A stretch of 64,000 bases of DNA from the NCBI RefSeq assembly GCF_009914755.1, contig NC_060938.1, one strand, 5' to 3'. The notes beneath the pieces were generated by a model, which saw only the letters and a list, made by a program, of their open reading frames with translations, did not search any database and was not told the DNA's origin. A program made the translations under genes and the position numbers. Source of the DNA: the human T2T-CHM13v2.0 reference genome, Homo sapiens. This document shows, piece by piece, positions 43,836-60,599 of this stretch (its first letter is position 1; each line of letters begins with the position of its first letter).

Positions 43836-45033
43836 AAGAGTAGAAAGCCAAAAGATCAGTTTTGCTCCAAAGCCTGTCTTCTGTCCATTTCACCTTATCA
43901 CCTCAATTATCCAGAAGCCCCCTAAAGTAAATTACATCCTCACCTCTTCTCAGATACTGAACATGGTACAACCTTGAAGACTCAAAGACATAATGAGAAA
44001 CATGATTTCCAGGGTAATGGAGATGACTACAGTACGTAGGACTAGTTGACCAAACACAAAATGATACCTAGATGCTATAATTTTTGAATCTTTGTGTCTG
44101 GCTCTTTTTCTTTTTCGATTATCTCCTTCATTGCCAGCCATCTTGTCAATTTCTAGAAAGTTCTTGATCTCCTTTGAATTAGTTGTTTCTAATCTGTGGG
44201 CTAAGAAACCAGCTAACCAGATTTATTAGGATCATGTCTAAAATGGGAAAAGATGGTTGCTGAATGACAAAGTAAGAAGATGGAAATAAAGTACATGAAT
44301 AAAGAGCTTAGTGCATGAGCTCTATGGCATTTATTCTAACTTCTCAGAGGCCTTTTTCTTTGAAATGTGTTCTCTATGGCTGACATTATTGGAAAAGTGA
44401 CCTCTGGGTAGGTGAGTTATTACTGCAAAAAGGCATTGTTTCCTTTCAAATGAATAAGAATGACAGCTAATACTGTATTCTGTTTTCTTTGTAGAATGAA
44501 TTCTCTGTTAAAAATAAGGTAACAAAAAACTAACAATAAAAAAAGGTAGAGCAATATACTCTAGGAAACAAGACCTAAAGTGAGTCACATTATATAAATA
44601 GCTAAGTTGATAGGAAAATAAATGTTGTTTTGCTTATAACACTGAAAAGTCAATAAGCAGCAAATGAACTTTGGAGCAGCCGGGCCGATATTCATTTAGA
44701 TGCCCTTTGTAATTAAAAAACAACGCCCAAACAAAACAAAGCAAGGGCAGTAAACACAATGCCTACCAGGGTCCCATCTCCAGGTGAGCAAATTGGTGTA
44801 CAAATACATTTGTAAAACGTATTCACGAGACATCAATAGCTTATTAATGAAGAGAATAGGGGAGGAGTTCCTTTATTCAGAGTGGGTCTGCAGTTTAAAT
44901 TATAGTACGGAATTTGAAATGGAAACTGCTGGTAAAAATATTTAGAACACCAACATGGCAAAAACACAAAAACAAAAACGCCTTTAAAGCCTCAGATCTT
45001 TATACTCTTGATAATTGTTCAATAAAGATTTAA

Positions 45034-45411
<378 letters not shown>

Positions 45412-46044
45412 GCAGAGCTTCTTAAGACTATCTTCAGGCAGCCATGAAGGATAAAGAATATTTTATTGATGAATATAAACACCTTTGATATTTTAACCAC
45501 TATCTTGGACTCTAACCCTAGTTTGTGTGCCAGAGATTCTAAGTCGGCTTTTTCTTGTGTGCCAGCTCCTATCATTTGATTGTGCCTTCCAGAGTGTTAT
45601 GTTGAGAAAGTTTCTGAACTCACATTTGTGCTCAACAGGAAGAAATGTAGTGGTTGATTGACGATGTCTGCCACTGGCAAGATAGAGGTGATGACAATAT
45701 GTATGCCAAAAAATTACCATCCCTGTCCTAGATCCTGCCTACAGTGAGTTGAGAGACACCTGGTTCCTGTTGAATTTCTTTCTTTGGCACTGGCTCAGTT
45801 CCTTTTATCCAATTCCTACTTGTGGAATATCCAAGCATTTTGTTTCTGCATTGAAAGAGTATAAAGTATATATGGATTTATTTGTTGGCTATGTGGTGGG
45901 TAGATTATATAAATTATGGAAATAATTTAAGGTGGTTGAAGAGGATTTAACAGACATATGCTTTCAATATGACCAACACAAACACACACTATGAGAGAAC
46001 AAAAAATTATGTCCCAATAAAGGTTTTCTCAATTTCTTAACCTA

Positions 46045-46470
<426 letters not shown>

Positions 46471-47054
46471 CTATGATTTATGTCATAGCAGCAAATTATT
46501 TATATAATTCTATAAACTTGAATATACTTTTGACTGAGAAGTAAATGGAAGGAGGGCAGCTCTTTAGAAGAAATCAGAAGAGGAGTAAAAGAACGAAGAA
46601 ATGTTACATTCAGATATCCAGTCATTCAAGGAATGTTGGGCTCCTGCCCTCAAGGAGCTTGCAGTCTAATTTAGGTTGGTGCCTACATGTACCTAGGCCA
46701 TGTGTTTAGGCCATGTGTTTGGAGAACTACCAGCTAGTGGATGCTGACTTTTCCTAGTAAGAAAATAAGTCAGGCATATACCATGATCTCATCTATGCTC
46801 TCGTAAGCAGAAGTTCCTCCAGAAGCCTAGCAGGCTATTCTTAATGTCTACTATCATTGTATCTTTGAAAATAAAAAAAAAGTACAAGATAACTACATAA
46901 GTGTATAAGTAAGCAAATTAATTTCTTCAGAAGAGTCTCTCTTACCTTTGTACAACCTACACAATGACTAAAGTGTAATGATAGTTGAATGAGGAAATGA
47001 AAATAAATTTAAAAGAATGTAGAAAACCATCACCTTTCCCTTGACTTTTGGCCT

Positions 47055-47702
<648 letters not shown>

Positions 47703-47855
47703 ACAGGCAATTCTTTCCTTAAAACTTTCAAGATGGATGGTGGTGTGGTTTATTTGTGAAGATTCAGAGACAGGTAAATACGTTAATTTATTCTTTGAGT
47801 CTGGAAAATTATTCCTCTATCTATCTGAAAGGACAAAAACGTCATGAGTGTCTAT

Positions 47856-48035
47856 AGCAGGCAGGTCACAAACTTTTCCTCTATAGGGACAGATAGTAAG
47901 TATCTTAGGTTTTGAGGATTAAATGGCCTCTGTTGCAAATATTCAACTCTGTTCATATAGTGTGAAAGCAGCCACTGACAACACCTAAGAGTGTGGCTGT
48001 GTCCCAATCAAACTTTATTTATAAAATCAGGCAGC
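47856..48035. mobile_element. MER58A-like hAT relic
   Basis: CAAACTTTTCC..AGGGACAGATAGTAA...TGGCTGTGTCCCAATCAAACTTTATTT. Confidence 0.8.
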
Positions 48036-48724
48036 CTTGCAATTACTCACTAGGAATTTCTCAGTAAATAATTATACTGGCATGACAGAAATACATCAAA
48101 AGATAAGAGGATTTGACACAAGTGGTCAAATCCTGTTAAAAAACACACATTGTCATATTTACCAATTATAGGACTAATTTGGCATAAGGGGGACACAGCC
48201 TAAAATCATGAAAGTCTGCATTAAAGATGGCTTTAAAACAAAATAATTTTTAAAGTTTATGCATACTGCATTTAGTGTACTGCCCCATATACTAATTCAT
48301 TATAAAGCTATGTGTCTCTAAAATGATTTAATATTTGTAATTTTAAAGGAAAAACAAATATGTCCATACACAATCCATTGCAATCTATCCTAATGTCTGT
48401 TTTCCCCATGGTCTGAGGAGATCATGAGCTCTCAGCCAATGAGAGAGAATATGACAGACTATGCTGTATCCTCCTATCCAGTGAGTATTACTGTACTATA
48501 CGGCATACACTCTCAACCACCAATCAGCTCTTTGCTGTGTTACTTAAATTGATTTTGTAACATGTTGTTTGGTTTGTGGTGGTGACCTCTCTTTTAGACG
48601 CTTATCTTGTGCTCTGGTTAATAGTTTTGATCCATTAATGACTAACAAAAGTACACATGTGATAAGACTAGACGTGATTTCAAAGGAAGAGTATCATGAG
48701 AGATTTTAAAAGTAAGTTTTAATG

Positions 48725-48845
48725 GCTAGGTGTGGTGGCTGGAGCCCATAATCCTGGCACTTTAGGAGGCCGAGGCAAGAGGATCACTTGAGCCCAGGAG
48801 TTTGAGACTAGCCTGGGCAACATGGTGAGACCCTCTCTCTATTAA
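48725..48845 (+). mobile_element. FLAM/Alu left monomer
   Basis: Monomer only. Confidence 0.85.
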
Positions 48846-49846
48846 AATACACACACACATAAAAGAACAAAAAGTTTTATGATCGCTTGAGGCACCCTCA
48901 TGGACAGCATGGACATAGTTGAGAAACAAGAGTGAAAGTCAGCAAATGCTTGGGATTGGTAGGAATTGTTGGACGTTGGGAAGGGCATCATGAGCACCTC
49001 TGCAGCCCGGCATGGGGAGAAACCACAGTGGGAAGTGTCTGCCCTTTCTGGGGATTTGGAAATAGACATAAGATTGGTAATACAGCAATGTGGGATGCTG
49101 GGCACACAACCCCACAGGGACGGGGCTTTAATAGGTTCCTACAGTACTGGTTTGAGTAATGGTCCCATTTCTGGAAGTGCATGTCCCCCAGTAAATAAGT
49201 TTATGTGCAGTATAATAATTCAAACTAAATTTTTTCCAGTTTGTTTTGATAAATAGGATATCTTTGGACCTGCTTTAATAAGTCTATTTTAAAATGTAAC
49301 GTACATGTTTCATTCATTATATATTCAACCATGTAAATATCTTGAAAACAGTTTATTTTCTAAAGTAGGTTTAATATTTTCCTCCAAAATATTTTTAAAC
49401 CGTTAATTTCCATGACAAACCCTGTAATACAAAAGTAATCTCTGAGCCGATCTCTGACCACATCATGACAAGTTCTAAATCGGTAGCATCTAAATTAGAG
49501 CACCCACCAGCTAAACAGCAGCATCTGTCATTAATCTCTTTGTACACTTATTTTTCTGTTCAAAAAGAGATATTAAAATTGTGCTTGTAAGTTAGGGTTT
49601 AAAATTGGAAAGGGATATATGGTTCCTTTAAAGAAGATAGTCTGCTTCAGAAAGCCGTTTGTATTCCATTCTGGGTTAGAGATGGTTACCAAGGAGACCG
49701 CTCAACTTCATCAGTAGGCTTCTAGGATTGGGAATCTAGTGGGCTCTCAGGAAATATTTGTAGAAAGAAAAAGAAAGAGAGAAAGAAAAAAGGAAGAATG
49801 AGAGGAAGGGAGGGAGGACAGGCTTTCTCCTATTAGAAAACAACAC

Positions 49847-51240
49847 TGCGATGGTTAATTTTATGTATTAACTTGACTAGACCATGGTACCCAGGTATTT
49901 GGCCAAAAATTATTCTAGATGTTTCTGTGAAGGTAGTATTTTTAAAGATAAAATTAACATTTAAATCAGTAGACTTAAGAAGAGGGAATTCTGCAAGCAG
50001 ACTGCCTTTGAGGTCTCACTGCAGCAACAACTCTTTCCTAGGCCCTCATTCCGACTATACAACCTTCTCTCTCCAGCCTGACCTTTGGCCTCATGGGGCA
50101 TTCCCTATGACTAGTCCAAGGAAGAGAAAACTCAAACCTGGATTATAATTGTTCTGTGAGATATGCAGGCACCACTGAAAGTAGACAGCTTCAGCATGAC
50201 AGCCCCTTTTGGGGGCATCCCTGAAGGACAGTGGTGAAGGGAAATCCCCCACTGTGGGCAGAACTTTGGGCAGTGCACCTGGTTGTTCATTTTGCTTAGA
50301 AGGAGAAATGGCCACATATGCAATTATATACCAACTCATGAGCTGTATGTAGCCAATGTTTTGGTTGGACGGTCAAGGACTTGGAAGGAGCATGTTTGGA
50401 AAATCGATGACAAGGAAGTCTGGGGAAGAGATGTGTGGATAGACCTGAATGGATGAAATATGTGAATATGAAATAGATCTGAATGGATGTAATATGTGAA
50501 GATATTTGTGTCCCATGTGACTTATCACTAAAGGGTGACCTCAGCAGAGGAGAACTTAGGTAATCAAGTGGATAACATGACCCATTTTAGTTTTGTTTTT
50601 AATTTTTTAAAAACTAGTCAAATGCAGTAGTGAGAAGGGGAAAAAGTGGAACAAGGAGTTCTACCTGTAACTGACAGTGCACAATCCATTGAGATAACTC
50701 ACTATCTTCGGACCAACCAATAGGACCCATGTTGTGAATACCAGTCAGCCTCTTTCCCCAGCCACCTCTGTCACTGCCCAGTGGACTCATGAACAAAGTG
50801 GTCACAGCTAGCACCCTGTAGTCCCAGCTACTTGGGAGGCTGGAGTTGGGAGGATCACTTGAGTCCAGGAATTTGAGGTTGCAGTGAGCTGTGATCGCAT
50901 CACTGCACTCCAGTCTGGGTGACAGAGTGATACTATCTCAAAAATAAAAAATTAAATTCTAAAAAAGACCGAGATCTTCCAAGGAAGAGGGAATTGTGCC
51001 TCCAGACTGCTTTTGGACTCAAGCTGCAACATGGACTCTTCCCTGGGTCTGTAGCATGCAGGTATGCCCAGCAGATTCTGAATCTGACAGCCTTCACAAT
51101 CACTTGATCCAATTCCCTAAAATCTCAATCTCTTCTCTCCCTCTCTCTCTCTCTCTCGTGTGTGTGTGTGTGTGCATGTCTGTACATATATACGTATAGA
51201 CACACACATGCTGTAGTTCTCTTTCTCTGGAGAACCGTAA
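49847..51240 (+). mobile_element. Deleted HERV-L relic: MLT2 5' piece, pol (RNase H) fragment, Y RNA and Alu inserts, MLT2 3' piece
   Basis: MLT2 start GATGGTTAATTTTATGT; frame from 50255 reads WAELWAVHLVVHFA*KEKWPHMQLYTNS* (ERVL RNase H); MLT2 end TCTCTGGAGAACC; Alu right arm at 50814-50950. Confidence 0.85.
50609..50718 (-). pseudogene. Y1 RNA processed pseudogene (RNY1P-like)
   Basis: Reverse complement GGTTGGTCCGAAGATAGTGAGTTATCTCAATGGATTGTG...CTCACTACTGCATTTGACTAGTTTTT matches hY1. A-rich tail at 50586-50608; TSD GACCCAT at 50579-85 and 50724-30. Confidence 0.95.
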
Positions 51241-51312
51241 AACAAGCATAATATAAAGTCACATTGTGGTGCTGATATAAACTCATCATATATGTCTATA
51301 AGTGCTTTCTGT

Positions 51313-51625
<313 letters not shown>

Positions 51626-52609
51626 TTACATAGAAAGATAGATGGTGTGATACAAAGCTGGAAGACAAGCGAGGTTCCTGGTGAATGCACCAGTAAATAG
51701 CAGGAGGTGAGGCTCTCCTGGTATGAACATTCCAACCCCCTACTGAAGAAAATTCAGGATGGGTCTTTGATTTTTAAGCAAAGGGAGATGAGCCTGTTAG
51801 TCTCAGCCTTGCAGTGGGTAGGTGAGAGCAGAGGAGCCATCTGTCCTGGAAAGTCCATTTGTTTAATGAATCCCACCAGCCATACAAGCAGATCTAATCC
51901 TAGTGTCTCTGAAAGCCAGGAGCTTTGGGGAAAGTTACAGCGCTAGCCAGGCAGAGCAGTCAGGGGCTGTGATTAGAAGTATAATGATTCCAATGCTGAA
52001 AACAATTTTTTCTACAAAGCTTTAAGAAAAAACAAAGATTAAACAATGACTGATAAGATTTAAGGATGGGTGAAAATGTAGCAAATGTACTTAGGCATAT
52101 ATTTTCTTTAGTAATTTACTCGGAGGGGCTGTCTTCTTTGCTTTTTAATGTTTGTTATCTGTTTTAATAAAGAGATCTCTCCTTTGTAAAGGAAATTATA
52201 ATTAGATTGTAAACTAAATTAATCTTTCAGCTAATCATACCTTTGGGAGATCTGGGTGTTTTAGACTGGAAAGCTCTAATGTAAGAATCGTCACTCACTT
52301 AGTAGCCACTACCCTAATCATATGCAAATACTAAGAGGAACTAAACAAGCTCTTGAGTGCTGAGCTTACAAACTCAACCCCAATACAGAGAAAAAATAAT
52401 CAGAGGACCGAAACGTATTAAAATTTCCATATGCATGTGAACCTCAAATGCAGTACAGAGTCTCCTGACACTGTCAAACATCAATAATAATTATAACAGA
52501 GTGGCATTCTAGGCACCCACTCAATGGTTTTGAACTTTTTCAAGATGACAACTCCCTTACGGTATTTTCAAAACTTTCAGTATCCCCTTAGAGTGGTAGT
52601 TGTATTTTA

Positions 52610-52978
<369 letters not shown>

Positions 52979-53299
52979 TTAAGTGAATGTGTAAAATATT
53001 ACTCATAAAAACTGTATATGTTGAGAATAGTAGTTCACATGTGTATGAGCTCCATGATTTATTTAGTCTAGGTGTGTACATGGATTCATAAGTCCTTTGC
53101 ATAATTCCTTGGCAGCCTCAGAGCTCTTTAGCCACTGGTTTAGATGATGGGGTGTGAAGCCTCTCAACAACCTAAATGTCTTTAAGGACCCTGCAAGTTA
53201 GAGCAAACGCAAGGTCATCTCTCTGGTTGCCATGGCTAGGCAATGTCTCATACTCTATCATGATTTATCATGACTTATCATGGCCCCCACTGACACCAT

Positions 53300-54030
53300 A
53301 GCTTCCTAACTGTCTCATTGCCTCAGCTCACCTCCACTCCTTCTCCCAATTCTACTTCACCCTCCATATTATGGCCAGAGCCACCTTTCTAAACATCTAG
53401 ATGGGCCCACGCCATTTCCCCACTCAAACCTATTCACGGCTCTTCATCACCAAGAGCAGCCTTCTCGGATTTGAACACTCATCAGACTCCTTTGGAAGAC
53501 TGTTAAAACGCACGTGATGGGGCTCCATTCCCAGAGTTTCTGACTCAGTAAGTGTGGGGTGGAGGCTAACGATTTGCCTTTCCAACAGGTTTGCAGGTGA
53601 TGGTGGTGGTGCTAATCCAGGGGCCCAATTTGAGAACCACTGCCCTAGGGTATAAAACCCAGACTTCTTAGTGTAACGAAGTATGTCCTTCCTGGTCTGG
53701 AACCTAACATTTCTCAAATTTTGTCTGCGGCCTGGTTTGCTCTTTACCCCTTATCTGCTTGTCAATTTCTACTCCTCTTAAGCTTAAGCATCATCTACCT
53801 CTCAGAGGGCCCTCCAGGCAAAATTAATTGATTCATCTTTCATGTTCCCATTGACTTGGTTCACATCTTCATCTTGTAGCATGCATCAGCATCATATCTC
53901 TTTGCAATCATTAGCTTACACAGGTCTGCCTCACCCACTAGATTGAGGGCTCCATGAAGACAAGGATCTAGTCGTCCATCTTAGCTTTCCCAGCACTAGA
54001 ACACAGTAGGTGTTTAATAAGCACTTCTGC
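53300..54030 (+). mobile_element. L2 with a MER5A insert (~53460-53645)
   Basis: L2 3' motif ACTAGATTGAGGGCTCCATGAAGACAAGG; MER5A CAGAGTTTCTGACTCAGTA...TTTGAGAACCACTG. Confidence 0.78.
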
Positions 54031-54229
54031 ATGCTTTTGAACCAGTACGAATAGCACATACAAAACTTTTTAAAGACACATTCTCTAGGGCAGTTAGAAA
54101 CCCTGTACCCTGTTGCCTCACATCCGTAGATTAGATTGTTGGCAGAGTTCAAGACTCAAGAGGTCAAATGCTGCTTACAGCAAAGAAAGTAATATGCTAA
54201 CACCCTGCGGCTATTTGTGATCCCGATTA

Positions 54230-54609
<380 letters not shown>

Positions 54610-55581
54610 TTATTGGAATCTAAGACTAGACTGGCAGCAGACCAAAAACTTGTGTTTGTCTCTGATATTCTCTATGGTTCAATGAAAATCAGAGACAGTT
54701 TCACCTTCATCCCAGCAACACAGCACTAAAGCAAGGGCAACAACAATATTTCAGTGATCCTTTCCACAGGCCTTTTGCAAATCCTGCTGAGGACTTCCTG
54801 ACAACACAATAACTGGAGGATGGCCATGAGAGATGGTGGCAGGGGGTTAAATGTTTGAGATTGTGCATGGTCCAAGAGGTAAAGAGAAAAAATAGAGCTT
54901 ATAAGAACATTCGATGTGGCTGCAAATACAAAGTGGATGATATGTGTACTGGGTCTTAAGACTATTTGTACAGTTGCCTCTGGAGAGATAGCTGCACAAT
55001 TAGAAAGGAGCACCTTCCAAGGTAAACAATGCTGTGTTATGTATACAGAGTCTATTATTCTATTACTGGCACCTACATGAGGCATATTCTGGTTAACCAC
55101 ACATTGACTAGTAGAAGAAATTGCATTATAGTTCCAAGGATCAGTCTTAGGATACCTGATCTCTAACTGCCATAACCTGTCAATTCTCATTCCCTCTCTC
55201 CCTTCCTTCCTCCCTCCTTTCCTCCCTTCTCTCTCTCTCTTCCTTCTGACTCCTCTGCCTTCATATATTCACGTAATTTTTTAAATGTATGTATACACAC
55301 ACATCCTCCATTCTTCAATTACGTCTCATGACTTTCATAAATTAGTTTGTTAAATGATACTTCCTCATGCTCTGATAATAGCTACCAAATCTTGCTTAAC
55401 TTTTAACGATCTGTCATCAGATCCTGTTCATCAGAACATATTCAACTTTAAAAAATGTTCTCCCGACATTTTATTCATTCATTTATTCAGTAATTAAGTG
55501 TCATAGGTACTGTGACACAGCAGTGAACAAAATAAATATGAATCGTGACCTCATAGCCTTGTGGGGAGAACGGTAGGTAAA

Positions 55582-55937
55582 TGATATGGTTTGGCTCTGT
55601 GTCCCCACCCAAATCTCATCTTGAATTGTACTCCCATAATTCCCATGTGTTGTGGGAGGGACCCGGTGGGAGATAATTTGAATCATGGGCGTGGTTTCCC
55701 CCATACTGTTCTCGTGGTAGTGAATAAGCCTCACAAGATCTGATGGTTTTATCAGGGGTTTCTGCTTTTGCATCTCTCTCACTTTCTCTTGCTGCCACCA
55801 TGTGAGAAGTGCCTTTCACCTCCTACCATGATTCTTAGGCCTCCCAAGCCATGTGGAATTGTAAGCCCAGTTAAACCTCTTTTTTCTTCCCAGTCTCAGG
55901 TATGTCTTTATCAGTAGCATGAAAACAGACTAACACA
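55582..55937 (+). mobile_element. THE1A-like solo LTR
   Basis: TG...CA ends, ATCAGGGGTTTCTGCTTTTGC, perfect TSD GTAAA. Confidence 0.92.
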
Positions 55938-56069
55938 GTAAACAAGTAATCTCACAAGTAAATACATAATTACCAAGTACCAGTACCTGGAAAGAAAAGT
56001 CTTTCCTATGAGATACTGAGTGTGGGATCTAATCTGAATGAAGGAAATATGGAAAATTTCATCACTGAC

Positions 56070-57060
56070 CCCAATTCTTCACCCTTCCCTGTATCCAAGG
56101 CATTTGCCATGTGATGTTGCAGCCCCTCCCCCAAAAGGGGTAGTGTCCTTACCTTCTAACTCTGGCTTTGGCCTTTTGACTTGATTTGACCAATAGGAGA
56201 AGGCAAAAGTGATGTTGTGCCAGTCTTGAGCCTAGGTCTCAACAGTCCAAATGTATTTATCCCTGGCTATTGTACTTCTGCCATTGCCATGAGAAGGACA
56301 TGTCCAGGCGATAGGATTTGGACCTGTGTCGCCACCAAATCTCATGTCGAATTATAATCTCCAGTGTTGGAGGTGGGCCTGGTGGGAGGTGATTGGATCA
56401 TGGTGGTGGATTTCTCATGAATGGTTTAGCACCATCCTCTTGGTACTGTCCTCTCAATCATGAGTACACTTTTGTGAGATCTGGTCATTTAAAAGTGTGT
56501 GGCACCTTCCTCTTCCCTCTCTCTTGCTGCTCAGGCCATGTGACATGCCGGCTCCCCCTTCACCTTCCACCATGATTGAAGTTTCCTGTGACCTCCCTAG
56601 TAGCCAAGGAGATACCAGTGCTATGCTTCTTGTACAGCCTGCAGAACTGTGAGCCAATTAAACCTCTTTTCTTTATAAATTACCCAGTCTCAGGTATTTC
56701 TTTACAGCAATGCAGGAATGACCTAATACACCAGATTAGCCTGCTGGTCTTAGCGGGAGGATGAGAGACACATAGAACTGACCTATCCCTGCTAATGTAC
56801 TCTAGCCAATCCTGGGTTAAAGCGCCTGTAGTCCCATCTACTCTAGAGGCTGAGGTAGGAGGATCGCTTGAGCCCAGGAGTTTAAGTCTAGCTTGTGCAA
56901 TATAGTGGGATCTGTCTCAGAAAAAAAAAAAAAGCAGAGCAACCAGCCATTTCACAGGCACATGTGTGAAACAGGCTTAAATGCAAGAACTCCAATAATG
57001 CATGTTTTGAGCCACTGAGTTTTGGCATAGTTTGTTACACAGCAATAGCTAACTGTTACA
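56070..57060 (+). mobile_element. MLT1 (G/H-like) LTR interrupted by MSTA and an Alu monomer (56820-56933)
   Basis: TTGACCAATAGGA motif; end GAGCCACTGAGTTTTGG...GCAATAGCTAACTG. Confidence 0.72.
56309..56730 (+). mobile_element. MSTA-like solo LTR
   Basis: CCAAATCTCATGTCGAATT...GAATGGTTTAGCACCATCC...CCTAATACA; TSD CCAG(G/A). Confidence 0.88.
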
Positions 57061-57421
57061 GGATACCAAGGAGTTCTACAAGAAAGTGACATTTGGGCTG
57101 AGACTTAAATGTTAAATAGGTATCAGATGAAGAATGCAGGGCAGAGTGTCTTGATGAAGGAAGAGGCATGTATGAAAGACTTCAGGTGAGAAAGAGCTTG
57201 GTGCACTCAAATAACTGGAAGAAACTGTGGTTTGGAGAAGGGAATGAGCTGACGCCAGAGAGGAAGCAGGGCTGGATCATGTGTGGTTTCTCATATAGTC
57301 TTCTTAGAGATTTTAAGATTAAGTTTCAAAAATTGAACTCAGAAGAGAGCTATTTATGATCAAAAACATAAAATCAAAGGATTCTTGTCTTCATTATTAT
57401 TAATCTAGAACTGTGCTGTCT

Positions 57422-57761
<340 letters not shown>

Positions 57762-57786
57762 CTATGGCTACCCAAGCTTAAATTAG

Positions 57787-58137
<351 letters not shown>

Positions 58138-58242
58138 TAGACTCATTTCAAATGCTCAGTAGCCCCATGTGGCTAGTGGCCACTATATTGGCAAAGCAAA
58201 TATAGAACATTTTCAGTATCACAGAAAGTTTTATTGGAGAGG

Positions 58243-58811
58243 GCATTCGTTTCTTATTGCTGCAGCATGAATTACTACAAAGTTAGCAGCTTAAAGCAAC
58301 ATAAATGTATTATCTCGTAGTTTCCATAGGTCAGGAATCTGGGTACGGATTAACGAGGCCCTCTACTCAGGGTCTCACCAGGCTGAAATCAAGGTGTGAA
58401 CTGGGATCTCCTCTGAGGCTCGGGGTCATCTTCCAAGCTCAGTAGTTGTTGGCAGAATTCATTTCCTTGCATCTTTGTGACCAAGGGACAGCTTAATGCT
58501 CCCAGAGACCACGCTCAGGTCCTTACCATGTGACCTCCTCTTCTCACAACATCAAAGCTTGCTTCTTTCTTCCAGAGGCCAGCAGCATATATTCTCTGAC
58601 CTTCAGTTTCTTTTAAAGGGCTTGCCTGATTCGATCAGGCCCACCCAGGATAGAGCTCCTTTTTGATTAACTCCAAGTCAACTGATGAGTAGCCTAGTCA
58701 AGGGAGTGACATCTCACCACATTCTCTGATCCTGCTACACTCAAGGGGAGGGGGTATATCCACCAGTGGGGCAGGGAATCTTGGGGGCCATCTAACATTC
58801 TGCTTACCGCA
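58243..58811 (-). mobile_element. MLT1 (D/E/F-like) LTR
   Basis: GCTTAAAGCAACATAAATGTATTATCTC, GGCAGAATTCATTTCCTTGC, TTGGGGGCCATCT motifs. Confidence 0.8.
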
Positions 58812-60599
58812 GACATCAGTGATCTAGAAAGTAGAGAAAGGTTAACTAAATGAATCAACGGGGAAGGCAAGTAGTGGGAGAATTTAGAATGATTAGTACA
58901 GGCTTAGAGTACAGGGGTAATTGCCATTCAAATAATCTCTACATGACCGAGGTCTGTAACAGCATTCTTGTAATTGAAGGCTAGCTTCAGCTAGGCTCAA
59001 GGTTTATCTACAGTAGTTTCACTCTTAAAGCAGCTGTAACCCGTACCCTGCATGCTGCCACGGGGAACATAAATAGGTCCCCTAAAAGCAAGCACAAATA
59101 GAAATTACCTTCAGGGCTGACATGCCTACATTCTATTTCCTTGCTGTTACTAACCTCCTGGAGTTTCTGACCTTATACTAGTCTTGATCTCCAAAACCCA
59201 ATTGCTGCTTCTCAGATTAACTGATTTACTGGCTTGACACACCACCGTGGCTTTGGCCTGAACTCCCTGGCTTCCAGACCCTTGGCCCTCCTGACTGCAA
59301 ACAACTGTGGAGCTTCCACCCTTGGCCAGATACTCCTGGGCACAATCCTCATGACTCTCAATCCCTGTTTGGCTGCCCCTGTGACTTGGGGTTCAGGGAA
59401 GGAGAGAGTCTGAAGCACCGATTTTCAGGGGGAGGTGAGCTGGTAAAAAAAAAATCATTTATACCATTAGACTTAGTTTTCCTGAATGTAAACTTCAACC
59501 CCTGATTATAAGGACTCTGTAAGGCTAATTATTAATTTTAAAGAAGTGCTAATTAGAAATCATGCAATGAATATATTTATCATTTTGATAAAGTTATATC
59601 TACATAATTTAAAATTTTACAAAGAAACTCTTCATTAAGTGTTGCATGACATTATTTTAAGAAATTCTATTTCAAAGCTCTACCTGATTCTGAAATGGCC
59701 TCTATAGTAACACTTTCTTTTTTAAAAAAAAATGGTTCTTTCTCACAAGCGAAGAATAAGTGTTTGCATTCTAACTATAATCAGTATTTCAACCGAGTGG
59801 AGATATTTTAGTGCCTTCGGTGGGCATTTATCTTCTTGCTATCAGCACAATAGAACAAAAATGTACCCATATTAGCATTAATAATAAAACCAAGTCCATT
59901 ATGCAGACTTTCTTGTCAGTTAAATTTGTTGCAGGCACAATTTTGGATTCAATTTCATCCATTTGGAAGTACTTTTGCTGTCAAGCAAATTTTTGTTTTA
60001 TCATTTTAATTTTGGAGGTTTTTTTGCTCTCCTGTGTCTGAATCACCTTTTTAGAGGTTGGAAAATGGTTCTTCCCCACTGATATAGGAAGGAATTGATT
60101 TGGCAAACTTAGATATTTTCCCTGCGATGTGAATAGAGTTAATTTTAACAGAGCTGTTTCATTTTAACAGCCTCAACTTGCACAGTGTGTGTCATGCCAA
60201 ACAGCTTTGTGTATCATCATCGACTGATGTCAGCACAGTTCTAGAAATAGTATTTGATAGTTAACAGCTGCCACAGAGCCAGAAGGGGAACACGAGACAT
60301 TGTGTTTCAGGAGGGTTCACAAAAACTCGTGGCTATTGTTTTTATTTATTTATTTAATTTCTTGACAACGAAAGAAGAGCTTAAAATACCAAGTGTAGGC
60401 TTTTAAAAAAAGACTAATATTGCTCAGTAGGTCAAGTGACTCCTAGAACCTTGATATCATAGGCAATATAAATATTGTGTTCTGAACTACATATTTCCCT
60501 AATTTAATACAGCTTTTACTCATTTTACAATCATGTATTTGGTCAACAGGTATAGAGCAAAGGTTTGCCTTTAGACCAAATAGATGGTGAAACCATGTC

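Larger units (their letters stand above)
55470..57310 (-). mobile_element. L2 hosting nested LTRs
   Basis: (TTCA)n 3' end at 55473; L2 body resumes after 55938 and after 57060. Confidence 0.65.

Noticed and set aside
46695-46722. 13-bp tandem duplication (also a 10-bp x3 repeat at ~53256)
   Set aside because: Ordinary slippage events with no further structure
54726-55190. 154-aa ATG ORF on the minus strand in unique-looking sequence
   Set aside because: No recognisable domain, promoter or exon structure; compatible with chance in 64 kb x 6 frames (PhyloCSF or Ribo-seq would decide)
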